A DNA stretch of 64,000 nt from an uncultured Roseburia sp. (GCA_947649645.1 CANSSP010000014.1:7067-71066); one strand, 5' to 3'. Numbered from the stretch's first letter, positions 54,399 to 64,000 are shown. Made by a program: numbers and translations. Notes: a model not told the origin generated them from the letters alone.

Positions 54399-54687
54399 TA
54401 GATATTTTTCTTTGTTCCTGTTATAAAATAACTTGTATGGTAAAACAGATTCTGCACCGATATCCCCCATCACTTTTATGGCGTCCGGACACTCTGCCGT
54501 GCCAGGCACTCTCGCAGTGATCTTTCCCACTGACACACAGATGTGCTCTCGCGGAGGGAGATTTCACAAAAATCAATTATGCCCGTCTTTGCTGTCTGTT
54601 TCCTTTCTTTTGCCGTGAAACGGTTAAATTTATTCGGCTGACCGTATCTAATTACAGCGATAGAACATAAAGAAAGGGTGAATGAAC

Positions 54688-54966
54688 ATGTCAGAGTATA
54701 TTTCTGCCCCGGAAGCAGCGGAGAAATGGGGCATTTCAGAAAGACGGGTGCAAAAGCTATGTGAGGAAAACCGTATACCCGGCGTGGCAAAATTCAGCAG
54801 TATGTGGCTGATACCAAAGGACGCTTTTGCCGCTTATATCTTTGCCTGGATTTTTCCGACGGTTTTGCTGGTTGTGTCTTATCTATTTTGGCAGCTTTTA
54901 GTGTGGTTAAATCAAGATACGGCCCTGAATTGCTTGACAGGTTCTGGTATCCCCCATACTTTATGA
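54688..54966 (+). CDS. Small HTH DNA-binding protein with a hydrophobic C-terminal extension
   Basis: MSEYISAPEAAEKWGISERRVQKLCEENRIPGVAKFSSMWLIPKDA is a common excisionase/MerR-like HTH module in Clostridia. After IPKDA, the sequence becomes hydrophobic (YIFAWIFPTVLLVVSYLFWQLLVWL). AAGGGTG lies 7 nt before the second ATG. Confidence 0.55.
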   Translation: MSEYISAPEAAEKWGISERRVQKLCEENRIPGVAKFSSMWLIPKDAFAAYIFAWIFPTVLLVVSYLFWQLLVWLNQDTALNCLTGSGIPHTL

Positions 54967-55974
54967 GCCGGTCTGCCCGCCTTCCGGCAAATGAGACTGG
55001 AGAAACGTTCTGACCGCACCGTAATACGCATCGGGATCAATATCCTGTGACTGCGCGTGCCCGGCTCCCTCAACGATCAGAAGCTCCTTGTCACACGCCG
55101 CCGCTTCGTAAAGCTGCTCCGACATTTCCACGGAAATCATGGCGTCTGAATCCCCATGAATAAAGAGCGTCGGCGTTGCGCTCTTTTTTACCGCATCAAG
55201 GGCGGACGCGTCTTTCAGGTCATACCCGCCGCGCAGTTTTAAAAGAATACGGGCCGTGTCCACAACCGGAAACGCGGGAAGATGAAACCACTCTTTCGCT
55301 TTCTCCCCGAACATGGAACAGGCGTCCGTGTAAGCGCAGTCCGAAACTACCGCCCTGACATTTGCAGGCAGCGCTTCATCTCCCGTCATCATCAGCGCCG
55401 TCGCCGCCCCCATGGACTGCCCGTGCAGCACAATCTGCGCGTCTTTGTCACAGGAGAGAATATATTGGATCCACAGCATACAGTCAAAATGATCGGTCCA
55501 TCCCATTCCGATAAAGTCGCCCTCACTCTCCCCCTGGCAGCGCAGGTCGGGCACAAGGATATGGTAACCCTCCGTGGCATACCAGTAGGCAAACGGGTAC
55601 ATCTCCTCTTTCCACCCGGTATAGCCATGCAGAAGAATGACCCACCTGTGGCTCTCTTTCTCTGCCGGAAACTCCGCAGCGATCAGCCGGTATCCGTCCC
55701 CGGTATTTATGGCAGGTTTCTTAAGCTGCACGCTTCGAAACCATTTTTGCGCGTCGGTCAGCGCCGTCCGGCGGTTTTCCTCGATCTTCGGCGTCTGCGC
55801 CAGCGCCGCATAACTCTCTTCGGTAATCCGTTCAAACGCCTCCAGTTTCTCCATAAAAGAAGGCACCAGGGCTGCGCTCACAAGCATATTCACCGCAGTC
55901 AGATACCCTGCCACAAGCAGAAACACAACCACACCTGCAACGATTCTTCGCCTTTTCTTATTCTTTCTCATCAT
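54961..55974 (-). CDS. Membrane-anchored alpha/beta hydrolase
   Basis: An N-terminal TM anchor (IVAGVVVFLLVAGYL) is present. The nucleophile elbow is HGQSMGA, with Asp and His in the C-terminal region. The start is chosen at MMRKNKKRRR. Confidence 0.8.
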   Translation of the reverse strand: MMRKNKKRRRIVAGVVVFLLVAGYLTAVNMLVSAALVPSFMEKLEAFERITEESYAALAQTPKIEENRRTALTDAQKWFRSVQLKKPAINTGDGYRLIAAEFPAEKESHRWVILLHGYTGWKEEMYPFAYWYATEGYHILVPDLRCQGESEGDFIGMGWTDHFDCMLWIQYILSCDKDAQIVLHGQSMGAATALMMTGDEALPANVRAVVSDCAYTDACSMFGEKAKEWFHLPAFPVVDTARILLKLRGGYDLKDASALDAVKKSATPTLFIHGDSDAMISVEMSEQLYEAAACDKELLIVEGAGHAQSQDIDPDAYYGAVRTFLQSHLPEGGQTGS

Positions 55975-56134
55975 CGCATCCACTACCCTTTTCTTTTGTT
56001 CTGAAAATAGTTTATCACGGTGTAGTTTCCTTTTCAACACGAAACGTCCCCTGCCCCGCCGCCAATATTTTCCACAACATTCTTTCTTAAAAAATTGCAG
56101 CATACCGGGCAGGCGGAGGAAGCACTATTTCCGC

Positions 56135-56163
56135 TTGTCATTCCCTCCTGTTTGTTGTATATT
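56135..56163 (+). promoter_or_regulatory. Sigma-A promoter of argG
   Basis: TTGTCA-17 nt-TATATT on the plus strand, about 50 nt upstream of the ATG. Confidence 0.5.
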
Positions 56164-56213
56164 ATTGTGGAGCTTGTATTTCAAATTTTATACAACAGAA
56201 AGGATTATTTTCC

Positions 56214-57431
56214 ATGAAAGAAAAAGTGATTTTAGCCTACTCCGGCGGACTCGATACAACCGCCATTATTCCCTGGCTAAAGGAAAACTACGACTACGAT
56301 GTTGTCTGCTGCTGCATCGACTGCGGCCAGGAAGAAGAACTTGACGGCCTGGAAGAGCGGGCCACCTCCTGCGGTGCCTCAAAACTCTACATCGTGGACA
56401 TCATCGACGAATTCTGTGACGACTACATTATGCCGTGCGTTGAAGCCAACGCAGTCTATGAAAACAAATATCTGCTCGGAACATCCATGGCCCGCCCGCT
56501 GATCGCAAAAAAACTGGTGGAGATCGCAAGAAAAGAAGGTGCGGCGGCCATCTGCCACGGCGCTACCGGAAAAGGCAACGATCAGATCCGTTTTGAACTG
56601 GGCATCAAGGCGCTTGCGCCGGATTTAAAGATTATCGCCGCGTGGAGAGACGACAAGTGGACGATGCAGTCCCGCCAGGATGAGATCGATTACTGCCGCG
56701 CACACGGCATTGACCTCCCGTTTTCCGCCGACTCCAGCTACAGCCGGGACCGCAATATCTGGCACATCAGCCACGAAGGGCTTGAGCTGGAAGACCCGGC
56801 GTGTGAACCCGATTATGACCACCTGCTTGTACTCGGCGTCTCTCCGGAAAAGGCGCCGGAAGAAGGCGAATATGTGACGATGACATTTGAAAAAGGTATT
56901 CCCACATCCGTAAACGGAAAAGCCATGAAAGTTTCCGATATCATCCGTGAATTGAACCGCCTGGGCGGCAGACACGGCATCGGCATTGTCGATATTGTGG
57001 AAAACCGCGTTGTCGGCATGAAATCCCGCGGCGTATATGAAACGCCCGGCGGAACGATTCTGATGGAAGCGCACCAGCAGCTCGAGGAGCTTGTCTTAGA
57101 CCGCGCAACCATGGATGTGAAAAAAGATATGGGCAATAAACTGGCACAGATCGTCTACGAAGGAAAATGGTTTACACCACTTTGCGATGCCGTAAAGGCG
57201 TTTGTGTCATCTACCCAGCAATATGTAACCGGCGAAGTAAAGTTTAAACTGTACAAGGGTAATATCATCAAAGCCGGAACCACTTCCCCGTACTCTCTCT
57301 ACAGCGAGTCTCTCGCAAGCTTTACTACGGGCGAACTCTATGACCACCACGACGCCGAAGGCTTTATCACGCTGTTCGGGCTTCCTTTAAAAGTCCGCGC
57401 GCTGAAACACAGAGAGCAGGAAAACCAGTAA
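56214..57431 (+). CDS. argG: Argininosuccinate synthase
   Basis: The N-type ATP-pyrophosphatase motif AYSGGLDTT is present. Conserved blocks include GATGKGNDQIRFE and SRDRNIWHISHEG. Length is 405 aa. Confidence 0.95.
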   Translation: MKEKVILAYSGGLDTTAIIPWLKENYDYDVVCCCIDCGQEEELDGLEERATSCGASKLYIVDIIDEFCDDYIMPCVEANAVYENKYLLGTSMARPLIAKKLVEIARKEGAAAICHGATGKGNDQIRFELGIKALAPDLKIIAAWRDDKWTMQSRQDEIDYCRAHGIDLPFSADSSYSRDRNIWHISHEGLELEDPACEPDYDHLLVLGVSPEKAPEEGEYVTMTFEKGIPTSVNGKAMKVSDIIRELNRLGGRHGIGIVDIVENRVVGMKSRGVYETPGGTILMEAHQQLEELVLDRATMDVKKDMGNKLAQIVYEGKWFTPLCDAVKAFVSSTQQYVTGEVKFKLYKGNIIKAGTTSPYSLYSESLASFTTGELYDHHDAEGFITLFGLPLKVRALKHREQENQ

Positions 57432-57445
57432 CAATAAATAAAATA

Positions 57446-57484
57446 TAAAAAATGCGGCACATCGTATCGTGCCGCATTTTTTTA
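57446..57484. terminator. Bidirectional rho-independent terminator between argG and the SCP2 gene
   Basis: AAAAAATGCGGCAC-ATCGTATC-GTGCCGCATTTTTTT has a 9-bp stem flanked by an A-run and a T-run. Confidence 0.75.
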
Positions 57485-58045
57485 TCTCTTTTTCTTTGCC
57501 TTTCCACCCTTCCACTTATTGTTTTTGGGTTTTACAGACACTTCCTTCACAGGCGTCGTCTCGCCCGCTTCCTCTGCAGCTTCCGCCGGAGCCTCTTCTT
57601 TTACACAAACCGTCTCCTCCGCTTTTTCTTCCGTGGAAACCGTACCGTCCTCTGCCGCCTCTTCGGTGACATCGGCTGCCGGAACTGCTTCCTCTGCAGC
57701 TTCCGCCTCTACCGCCACATCCGCCGGAACCGTCAGTTTTTTCAGGAGAAGGGCTTTGTCCAGACTTCCCTGCACCTTTAACTTCCCTGTGGTGTAGGCT
57801 AAAACCGGATCCAGCGCGCCGGTGCCAAGCCTGATCAATGTCTTTGCCGTCATCGTAAACAGCACGTCTCTGTCATAATACTCATAGGGCTCTATTTTTA
57901 CCTGCCCGTCGCTGATCTCCAGGTAGAATGCACCTTCCGCCTCCCCCGTGATATTAAACTGATAAGCCAGATGTCCCTCAATGCCGCTCGCATCCGCTCT
58001 TCCGTATGTCTGTCTTGCCTTTTCCACTAACTCTTCATAAGTCAT
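57482..58045 (-). CDS. SCP2 (sterol-carrier-like) domain protein with an E/A-rich tail and a Lys-rich C-terminus
   Basis: The N-terminal ~105 aa fit the SCP2 pattern (FNITGEAEGAFYLEISDGQVKIEPYE...AYTTGKLKVQGSLDKALLL). The start overlaps the MocR stop by 4 nt. Confidence 0.7.
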   Translation of the reverse strand: MTYEELVEKARQTYGRADASGIEGHLAYQFNITGEAEGAFYLEISDGQVKIEPYEYYDRDVLFTMTAKTLIRLGTGALDPVLAYTTGKLKVQGSLDKALLLKKLTVPADVAVEAEAAEEAVPAADVTEEAAEDGTVSTEEKAEETVCVKEEAPAEAAEEAGETTPVKEVSVKPKNNKWKGGKAKKKR

Positions 58046-59460
58046 TTCTGTTCCTCCTTTAAAATACAGTCTAAAATAAAAAGTCCCTGCCCCATCTCTG
58101 CCTCGTCTGGTTTTCCATATCCGAAAAGCAGTCTGGGACCTCTCTCCCCGCCACAGATTTCCGATCCCAGCATATACTCCGAAAGGCCGGAAATCCGCAC
58201 GCCCCTTTCCTCTGCTCTCCGGCAGAGTTCCTTCTCCCCCATCGCCGTCCTGACTTCCACAAGTATGTGCAGTCCCGCACTCTCCCCGCCGATGTGTCCT
58301 GCCCAGTCCCTCTTTTTGAGTTCTCTGAGCAGAAAATCACGTTTATCGCGGTATACACCACGCATTTTATTGAGATGACGTTCAAAATAGCCGTCTCCGA
58401 TAAACATACACAACGTCTCCTGCTGCACCCTCGGCACAGTCACCGAATAAAAGCCGCAGACCCTCTGATACCGCTCCAGAAGTACCGGCGGCAGGACCAT
58501 GTAACTGATACGCAGAGACGGTGCGATACTTTTTGAAAAAGTCCCAAGATAAATCACCTTTTCATGACAGTCTATGCTTTGCAGCGACGGAATCGGTCTG
58601 CCCCGGTAACGAAATTCACTGTCATGGTCGTCCTCAATCAGAAACCGCCCCTCATCCGCCGCCGCCCACTCTAAAAGCTTTATCCGCTGATTCAGCGGCA
58701 TGACAGTTCCCATCGGAAACTGATGGGAGGGCATGACATAGACAAGATCCACTCCCGCTCTCTGCGCCTCCTCACAGACAGCCCCTTTCCCACCGGCACA
58801 GAATGTCTTCACGCGATATCCGGCATTGCAGAATGTACGGTATGCCTGCGGGTAACCAGGATTTTCCATCAGCACTGTCCTGCCCGCTCCCAGTATCTGC
58901 GTCAGAAGAAGCTGTAAATATTCATTTCCCGCTCCCAGAATGAGATCGGCGGCTCTGCAGTTAACCCCTCTGGCCTGATGCAGATAGCGGGCAATGACAT
59001 TCCGCAGCGCATATTCCCCCTGTCTGTCGCCTGCCTCAAGCAGTTCCTCCGTATCGTCAGACAAAACAGTCCGGTTTATCTTCCGCAGGATATGAAACGG
59101 AAAAGCTCTCGTATCGACCGCGTTTGGAGAAAAATCCACTTTCACCCGCTCACGTCCGTGCGCAGCCTCTGTCTGCGGATGGGAAACACTCTGTCTGAGC
59201 CGATACAGTCCGGTAATATCACACACAAAAAAACCCCGGCAGGGTTCCGCACTGATATATCCTTCTGCCAGGAGCTGTTCGTAAGCCATCTCCACCGTAC
59301 TCCGGCTGACCGCAAGATTTTCAGCCAGAAGACGCGTGGACGGTAATTTCTCTCCCCTGCGGATTCTGCCCTCCGCAATTTCATCCCTGATATAGCCATA
59401 GATCTTCTCATAGAGGGGAGCCTTTCCTCCCCCCTGCAGATCTATCATAAATTCAATCAT
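58042..59460 (-). CDS. MocR/GntR-family regulator with a fused class I aminotransferase-like domain
   Basis: The GntR wHTH is GEKLPSTRLLAENLAVSRSTVEMAYEQL. An aminotransferase fold follows, with the PLP-Lys motif GTFSKSIAPSLRISY. Confidence 0.85.
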   Translation of the reverse strand: MIEFMIDLQGGGKAPLYEKIYGYIRDEIAEGRIRRGEKLPSTRLLAENLAVSRSTVEMAYEQLLAEGYISAEPCRGFFVCDITGLYRLRQSVSHPQTEAAHGRERVKVDFSPNAVDTRAFPFHILRKINRTVLSDDTEELLEAGDRQGEYALRNVIARYLHQARGVNCRAADLILGAGNEYLQLLLTQILGAGRTVLMENPGYPQAYRTFCNAGYRVKTFCAGGKGAVCEEAQRAGVDLVYVMPSHQFPMGTVMPLNQRIKLLEWAAADEGRFLIEDDHDSEFRYRGRPIPSLQSIDCHEKVIYLGTFSKSIAPSLRISYMVLPPVLLERYQRVCGFYSVTVPRVQQETLCMFIGDGYFERHLNKMRGVYRDKRDFLLRELKKRDWAGHIGGESAGLHILVEVRTAMGEKELCRRAEERGVRISGLSEYMLGSEICGGERGPRLLFGYGKPDEAEMGQGLFILDCILKEEQK

Positions 59461-60335
59461 GCCTGTGGCTTGCTGTTCTTAATCTCTTCCACAATCATCT
59501 GCTTGAGATCAAAAGCTTTGTCTTTCATCTTATGGGAAGCCATCGACGAGCTCTGAATATTGGAAATACACTTGGACGCCACATCATATTTTTTAAAGTG
59601 GTAAGACATCACCGCGAGCAGATAATCCAGCGTGCACTGATCCATCCCGCAGATCGGGAACATCTCGGAAGACATCGCTTTTAAAAAGCCTTCGTACGCC
59701 TGCTCATAAAATGCTTCTTCCTGTTCTTTGCACTCCCTGCGCATCTGCTCTGTCTCTGGCTTTGTCTCATCAAGCGATTCTGCCTTACCGCGATAAAGCC
59801 ACGCAAGATTCAGACAGGTATATGCCTTCTCGCTGGTTTTTCCCTTTTTTACCATCGTATTGATAAGAGACAGCTTGTAGCGGTCAATTGCCATATCGTA
59901 TGTAATCAGAGGCGGATCGGCCTCCCCCGACGGCTTGTAGCTGGCGCAGATCTGCTCGCGGACCAGCCTCGCCTGACCGCTGGTAATATGTTCAAAATAC
60001 ATATGCATCGCCGTATAACCACAATTGGGGCATGATGCGACCTTGTATTTTAATGTATCTATCCCCTCAAAATGCGGACGGAGATCCATGTCCGGCTCCT
60101 GACGCTTTATGCGGCCGCTCTTGACCATTTTGGACTTGAACACCTTGTCGCAGACAGGACAGCGAAGCGTCTTATCCAGAAGAAACGTATCCTCCGTCGG
60201 TATCTCTGCTTCCTTCTTCTCTGTCAGAGCTTTCTCCGTCTCTTTTTTCTCCGCCTCTTTTTTCTCCTCATCAAATATTTTCTTCGAGCCGTCCACCTTT
60301 ATGCCAAATTTTTCGAGACCAGAAAATAAATTCAT
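59457..60335 (-). CDS. DUF2225-family zinc-ribbon/TPR-like protein
   Basis: Zn-ribbon pairs CPVCDKVF...CPNCGY are followed by a helical repeat region. The start is ambiguous between M28 (60347) and M32 (60335) of the track ORF. Confidence 0.65.
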   Translation of the reverse strand: MNLFSGLEKFGIKVDGSKKIFDEEKKEAEKKETEKALTEKKEAEIPTEDTFLLDKTLRCPVCDKVFKSKMVKSGRIKRQEPDMDLRPHFEGIDTLKYKVASCPNCGYTAMHMYFEHITSGQARLVREQICASYKPSGEADPPLITYDMAIDRYKLSLINTMVKKGKTSEKAYTCLNLAWLYRGKAESLDETKPETEQMRRECKEQEEAFYEQAYEGFLKAMSSEMFPICGMDQCTLDYLLAVMSYHFKKYDVASKCISNIQSSSMASHKMKDKAFDLKQMIVEEIKNSKPQA

Positions 60336-60464
60336 ATCAATAACCATGCCTTTCCTGATTCCTGCAGCTGCCGCAGGAATCCATTCTAATCTGATATAAG
60401 ATGAGGTATGCGGAAGCGATTTCCACACTTTCCATCCCAGGTAACATCAGCCCGCAGACTGACT

Positions 60465-62132
60465 CTATGACACCGGAAGCCTGAATGAACTTTTCAGCGA
60501 TACAATCCGGTTAAAAACGAGATGCCCCGGCGCAGAATCCTTCACATCCACACAAAAGAACCCCTGTCTGACAAACTGGAAGCTGTCATACGCCTCAGCC
60601 CCCGCCAGGCTTTCCTCAAGCACACAATTTTCGAGTACCGTAAGTGAATCGGGATTTAAATTCAGACTCCCGTCCTCATTATACACCCCTTTTTCCTCAT
60701 CCACAATATTCTCGTACAGACGTACTTTTGCCCCGACGGCGTGTTCTGCGCTGACCCAGTGAATTGTTCCCTTAACCTTCCGTCCGTCCGGGCTGTTGCC
60801 GCCCCGTGAAGCCGGATCGTAGGTGCAGTGAATCTCTGTCACTTTTCCGTCTGCATCCTTTTCAAAACGATTGCATTTCACAAAGTATGCGTTCATCAGA
60901 CGCACCTCGTTTCCGGGAAACATCCTGAAATACTTTTTCGGAGGCTCCTCCATAAAATCCTCGCGCTCGATATAGAGCTCTCTGGTAAACGGAACCTTCC
61001 TGCTCCCAAGTTCCTCGTTTTCCGGATTGTTCACGGCGTCAAGATATTCCGTCTCACCTTCCGGGTAATTGTCGATAATCACTTTCACAGGGTCTAAAAC
61101 CGCCATCCTGCGCGGCTTTTTCAACTTCAGATCTTCACGGATGCAATATTCAAGCATCGCGTAATCCACCGAGCTGTTCGCCTTTGCCACACCGCACAGT
61201 TCCACAAACATTTTTAAGGATTCCGGGGTAAATCCCCTTCTGCGCAGAGCCGCGATCGAGACGAGACGCGGATCGTCCCACCCGTCCACAATTCCCTCTT
61301 CCACCAGACGCTTGATATACCGCTTTCCGGTGACAACATTGGTCAGATACAGCTTGGCAAACTCAATCTGCTGTGGCGGCATCTCATACTCCAGCTCACG
61401 GACCACCCAGTCGTAGAGCGGCCTGTGGTCTTCAAATTCCAGCGTACAGATGGAGTGCGTGATCCCCTCTATCGCGTCCTCAATGGGATGCGCAAAATCG
61501 TACATCGGATAAATGCACCACGCGTCTTTCGTGCGATGGTGATGCATATGCGCCACACGATAGATAACCGGGTCCCTCATATTGATATTGGACGAGGCCA
61601 TATCGATCTTTGCGCGCAGTACCTTTGCCCCATCCTCCACCACGCCGTTTTTCATATCCTCAAACAGCGCCAGATTCTCTTCTATGCTGCGCCCGCGATA
61701 CGGATCATTCCTTCCCGGCTCCGTCAGCGTGCCACGATAGGCCCGGATCTCCTCCGCCGTCAGATCAGACACATAAGCCTTTCCTTTCCGGATCAGCTTC
61801 ACTGCAGCCTCGTACATCTGCCCGAAATAGTCGGACGCAAAGTAAAGACGGTCTTCCCAGTCGGCGCCAAGCCATCGGATATCTTCTTCGATCGCTTCCA
61901 CAAATTCACTCCGCTCTTTGGTCGGATTGGTATCGTCAAAGCGCAGATTAAACTTTCCATTATATTTCTGTGCCAGCCCGTAATTTAACAAAATCGATTT
62001 GGCATGGCCAATGTGCAGATAACCGTTCGGCTCCGGCGGGAATCTCGTGTGAACCTCTCTGCAGTGCCCCTCACTGATATCCTTATCGATAATCTGCTCA
62101 ATAAAATTTCTCGAAACTGTCTCGTTGTCCAT
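60465..62132 (-). CDS. glnS: Glutamine--tRNA ligase
   Basis: The class I HIGH motif is present ([14 protein letters not shown]). The GlnRS-type catalytic and beta-barrel anticodon-binding regions give a 555-aa protein. Confidence 0.93.
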   Translation of the reverse strand: MDNETVSRNFIEQIIDKDISEGHCREVHTRFPPEPNGYLHIGHAKSILLNYGLAQKYNGKFNLRFDDTNPTKERSEFVEAIEEDIRWLGADWEDRLYFASDYFGQMYEAAVKLIRKGKAYVSDLTAEEIRAYRGTLTEPGRNDPYRGRSIEENLALFEDMKNGVVEDGAKVLRAKIDMASSNINMRDPVIYRVAHMHHHRTKDAWCIYPMYDFAHPIEDAIEGITHSICTLEFEDHRPLYDWVVRELEYEMPPQQIEFAKLYLTNVVTGKRYIKRLVEEGIVDGWDDPRLVSIAALRRRGFTPESLKMFVELCGVAKANSSVDYAMLEYCIREDLKLKKPRRMAVLDPVKVIIDNYPEGETEYLDAVNNPENEELGSRKVPFTRELYIEREDFMEEPPKKYFRMFPGNEVRLMNAYFVKCNRFEKDADGKVTEIHCTYDPASRGGNSPDGRKVKGTIHWVSAEHAVGAKVRLYENIVDEEKGVYNEDGSLNLNPDSLTVLENCVLEESLAGAEAYDSFQFVRQGFFCVDVKDSAPGHLVFNRIVSLKSSFRLPVS

Positions 62133-62280
62133 AAATATCCTCCCATGCCGGCACGCTTAAAAAGCGCGCCAAAAGGCAACTCATGATCTATCATACATGA
62201 TACCGTAAAAAGGTGCAAGTATAATATAGCATGAATTGCCTCTCATTGCGAATTATTTCTCATATTTTGTCTGTAACAGA

Positions 62281-63057
62281 CTACAATGCATAATCAACCG
62301 AACCGCCAACCGCTTTTTCCGCGTCCGTTTTAAGGTAATCTGCACGCTCGGAAAAAATCGCATAATCTATCTTCTTTAAAAGCTCGCTCCAGGTCGGCGC
62401 CGTCACCGTTATGGTGTTCTCTCTGTCCGCAGCCGATACCGAACCGTCCCACTTGCCGGGTTTTTCCTTTCGCTGCTCCGCACGCTCCGCCGCCGCTTCT
62501 CTGGCCGCCTTTTTGCGGTCCGCACTCTCCTTCTCCTTCTTCTCCGTGATACGCTCGCGCTGCTTTATCAGCGATTTATCAATCACGGCAAACAGAGACG
62601 CCGTTCCCTTGTCGTCGAACGTCATGCCGAACGACCGGACTTTATCCGCATTCGCCCCAAGGCTTTTCTTCATCTGCGTCATCTGCGTTGTGGCACCGCT
62701 CAGGATCGCCTCATACTTCTTGCGGTAAGATTCATCCTCCGCCATTTTTTCGATCTTGTCCGAATCGATGAGCACAAGCAGCTCTCTGGAACTCTGATAC
62801 ATTCCTTTGTTGCGCTCGGCCTCCTCTTTCTTGTCCGGGGAGACCAAAACAAACTCCATATTTGAATACTTTGCCTTCAGCTTCTCGTAGTACTTCGCCG
62901 CCTTCTCCGAAAGCTCCGGCTCGCCGATCGTGCGTCCGGTTACTTTTCCTTTTTTCCCCGTCTTATCCGTACTCTCATTTTTCTTCGTCTGCTCCGTGCG
63001 GTACTGGTAATCCGCCATGTAAGAACCCACGGCGCTGTTGCTGCTGATCTGTCCCAT
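62281..63057 (-). CDS. Lys/Glu-rich hypothetical protein
   Basis: It is a clean 258-aa ORF with a plausible protein-like composition. I recognised no motif. Confidence 0.55.
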   Translation of the reverse strand: MGQISSNSAVGSYMADYQYRTEQTKKNESTDKTGKKGKVTGRTIGEPELSEKAAKYYEKLKAKYSNMEFVLVSPDKKEEAERNKGMYQSSRELLVLIDSDKIEKMAEDESYRKKYEAILSGATTQMTQMKKSLGANADKVRSFGMTFDDKGTASLFAVIDKSLIKQRERITEKKEKESADRKKAAREAAAERAEQRKEKPGKWDGSVSAADRENTITVTAPTWSELLKKIDYAIFSERADYLKTDAEKAVGGSVDYAL

Positions 63058-63261
63058 ATGCTTCCTCCCTGAAATGGCCAGGTAATCCTGCCCTAAGTCT
63101 GATAACTCCGTTTATCTGGTATTATTATCGGCAGATTCTTCCAAAAAAATTACAGCTTTGCGTGATCCAAAGTCAATAAATTGTACAGTTGAAAAAAAGT
63201 ACCTTTTCTCTTATAATGAAGTCATCTGATCTATTATTTTACATAATCAAAGGAGATTGCT

Positions 63262-64000
63262 ATGAGATTAATCACACGTTCCGACTTTGACGGCCTTGCC
63301 TGCGGCGTGCTTTTGAAAGAAGCGGGCGTTATCGACCACTGGAAATTTGCCCATCCGAAAGATCTGCAGGACGGTCTGGTAGAAGTCACCGAAGACGACT
63401 GCCTGGCCAATGTTCCCTTCGTGGAAGGCTGTGGTTTATGGTTTGACCATCACTCCAGCGAGCATGAGAGGCTGGAACTGGAAGGCAGATACAAAGGCGA
63501 AAGCCGCATGACACCTTCCTGCGCCCGCATCATTTATGAATATTACGGCGGAGAGGAGCGCTTTCCCGGTTTCGGCGAGATGATGGCCGCAGTGGACAAA
63601 GTGGATTCCGGAAACCTCACCATCGACGAGATCCAGAACCCTGCCGGATGGATTCTGATCGGATTTCTGATGGATCCCAGAACCGGCCTCGGGAGATGGC
63701 ACGATTTTAAGATATCCAACTATCAGCTTATGGAAATGCTGATCGAAGACTGCCGCACCATGACTGTCTCCGAGATCCTGGCACTTCCGGATATTAAAGA
63801 ACGCATTAAAGTCTACTTCGAACAGACGGAAAAATTTATGGAAATGGTAAAAGCACATACCAGAGTGGACGGAAACGTCATTATCTCCGATTTAAGGGGC
63901 GTTGATCCTATCTACTCCGGCAACCGTTTCTTAATCTACAGCATGTACCCTGAACAGAACATCTCCGCCTGGATTGTAAGCGGACGCGGCGGAAAGGGCT
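63262..64000 (+). CDS. DHH-family phosphoesterase-like protein (partial; continues past the right window edge)
   Basis: It is absent from the ORF track. My translation from ATG 63262 (AAAGGAG 7 nt upstream) gives MRLITRSDFDGLACGVLLKEAG...GLWFDHHSSE, with DHH motif I (DFDG) and motif III (DHH). The frame is open to position 64000. Confidence 0.7.
   Translation, partial: MRLITRSDFDGLACGVLLKEAGVIDHWKFAHPKDLQDGLVEVTEDDCLANVPFVEGCGLWFDHHSSEHERLELEGRYKGESRMTPSCARIIYEYYGGEERFPGFGEMMAAVDKVDSGNLTIDEIQNPAGWILIGFLMDPRTGLGRWHDFKISNYQLMEMLIEDCRTMTVSEILALPDIKERIKVYFEQTEKFMEMVKAHTRVDGNVIISDLRGVDPIYSGNRFLIYSMYPEQNISAWIVSGRGGKG

Noticed and set aside
54312-54536. A 74-aa minus-strand ORF just upstream of sspD.
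   Set aside because: It spans the predicted ssp promoter (TTGAAA-17-TATAAT) and the tandem 22-nt leader repeats. It is AT-rich, has no RBS, and its product looks like translated non-coding DNA.
63436-63858. A 140-aa minus-strand ORF near the right edge.
   Set aside because: It is antisense to the DHH-family gene that starts at 63262. That gene has a strong RBS and DHH motifs. The ORF has no RBS or motif of its own.

Overview
This is a 64-kb chromosomal segment. Gene content and signals point to an anaerobic, probably spore-forming Firmicute of the class Clostridia: GGAGG-type ribosome-binding sites, lipoprotein lipoboxes, desulfoferrodoxin and BclA-like collagen surface proteins. I cannot determine the family from the sequence alone. 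I support about 58 protein genes, and all but four are on the minus strand. I saw no rRNA, tRNA, CRISPR array, integrase or transposase.

Map, left to right:
- 1-1.7 kb: a partial large helical protein plus a small partner.
- 1.9-8.3 kb: housekeeping genes. These are a HAD phosphatase, desulfoferrodoxin, an EamA transporter, a four-gene OpuC-type osmoprotectant ABC transporter and cardiolipin synthase.
- 8.5-11.2 kb: a circularly permuted GH3 glycosidase.
- 11.3-25.1 kb: a 12-gene, apparently single-promoter catabolic locus. It contains a Liv-type ABC importer, an IlvD/Edd dehydratase, a LacI regulator and five oxidoreductase/isomerase genes. A perfect 26-bp LacI/cre-type palindrome sits in its leader.
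- 25.3-27.7 kb: a divergent pair of a LysR regulator and a sugar-isomerase-like gene with a structured leader.
- 27.9-36.1 kb: the most interesting part. This is a tight seven-gene operon encoding a classical AAA+ ATPase, a GTPase-like P-loop protein, a tandem paralogue pair, an HTH/coiled-coil protein and two membrane proteins with acidic tails. I cannot assign five of the seven products to any named family. I flag it as a candidate undescribed NTP-dependent, membrane-associated system (defence or membrane remodelling).
- 36.2-38.4 kb: a BglX-type GH3.
- 38.6-42.1 kb: a collagen-like BclA-type cluster with a GT2-TPR glycosyltransferase.
- 42.3-44.6 kb: small accessory genes.
- 44.7-54.4 kb: a complete Ssp-type DNA phosphorothioation defence locus in the order sspD-B-C-A-E.
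- 54.7-64 kb: housekeeping genes. These are an alpha/beta hydrolase, argG, a DUF2225-MocR-SCP2 operon, glnS and a partial DHH-family gene.

All functional calls rest on motifs I could read in the translations. No database search was run.
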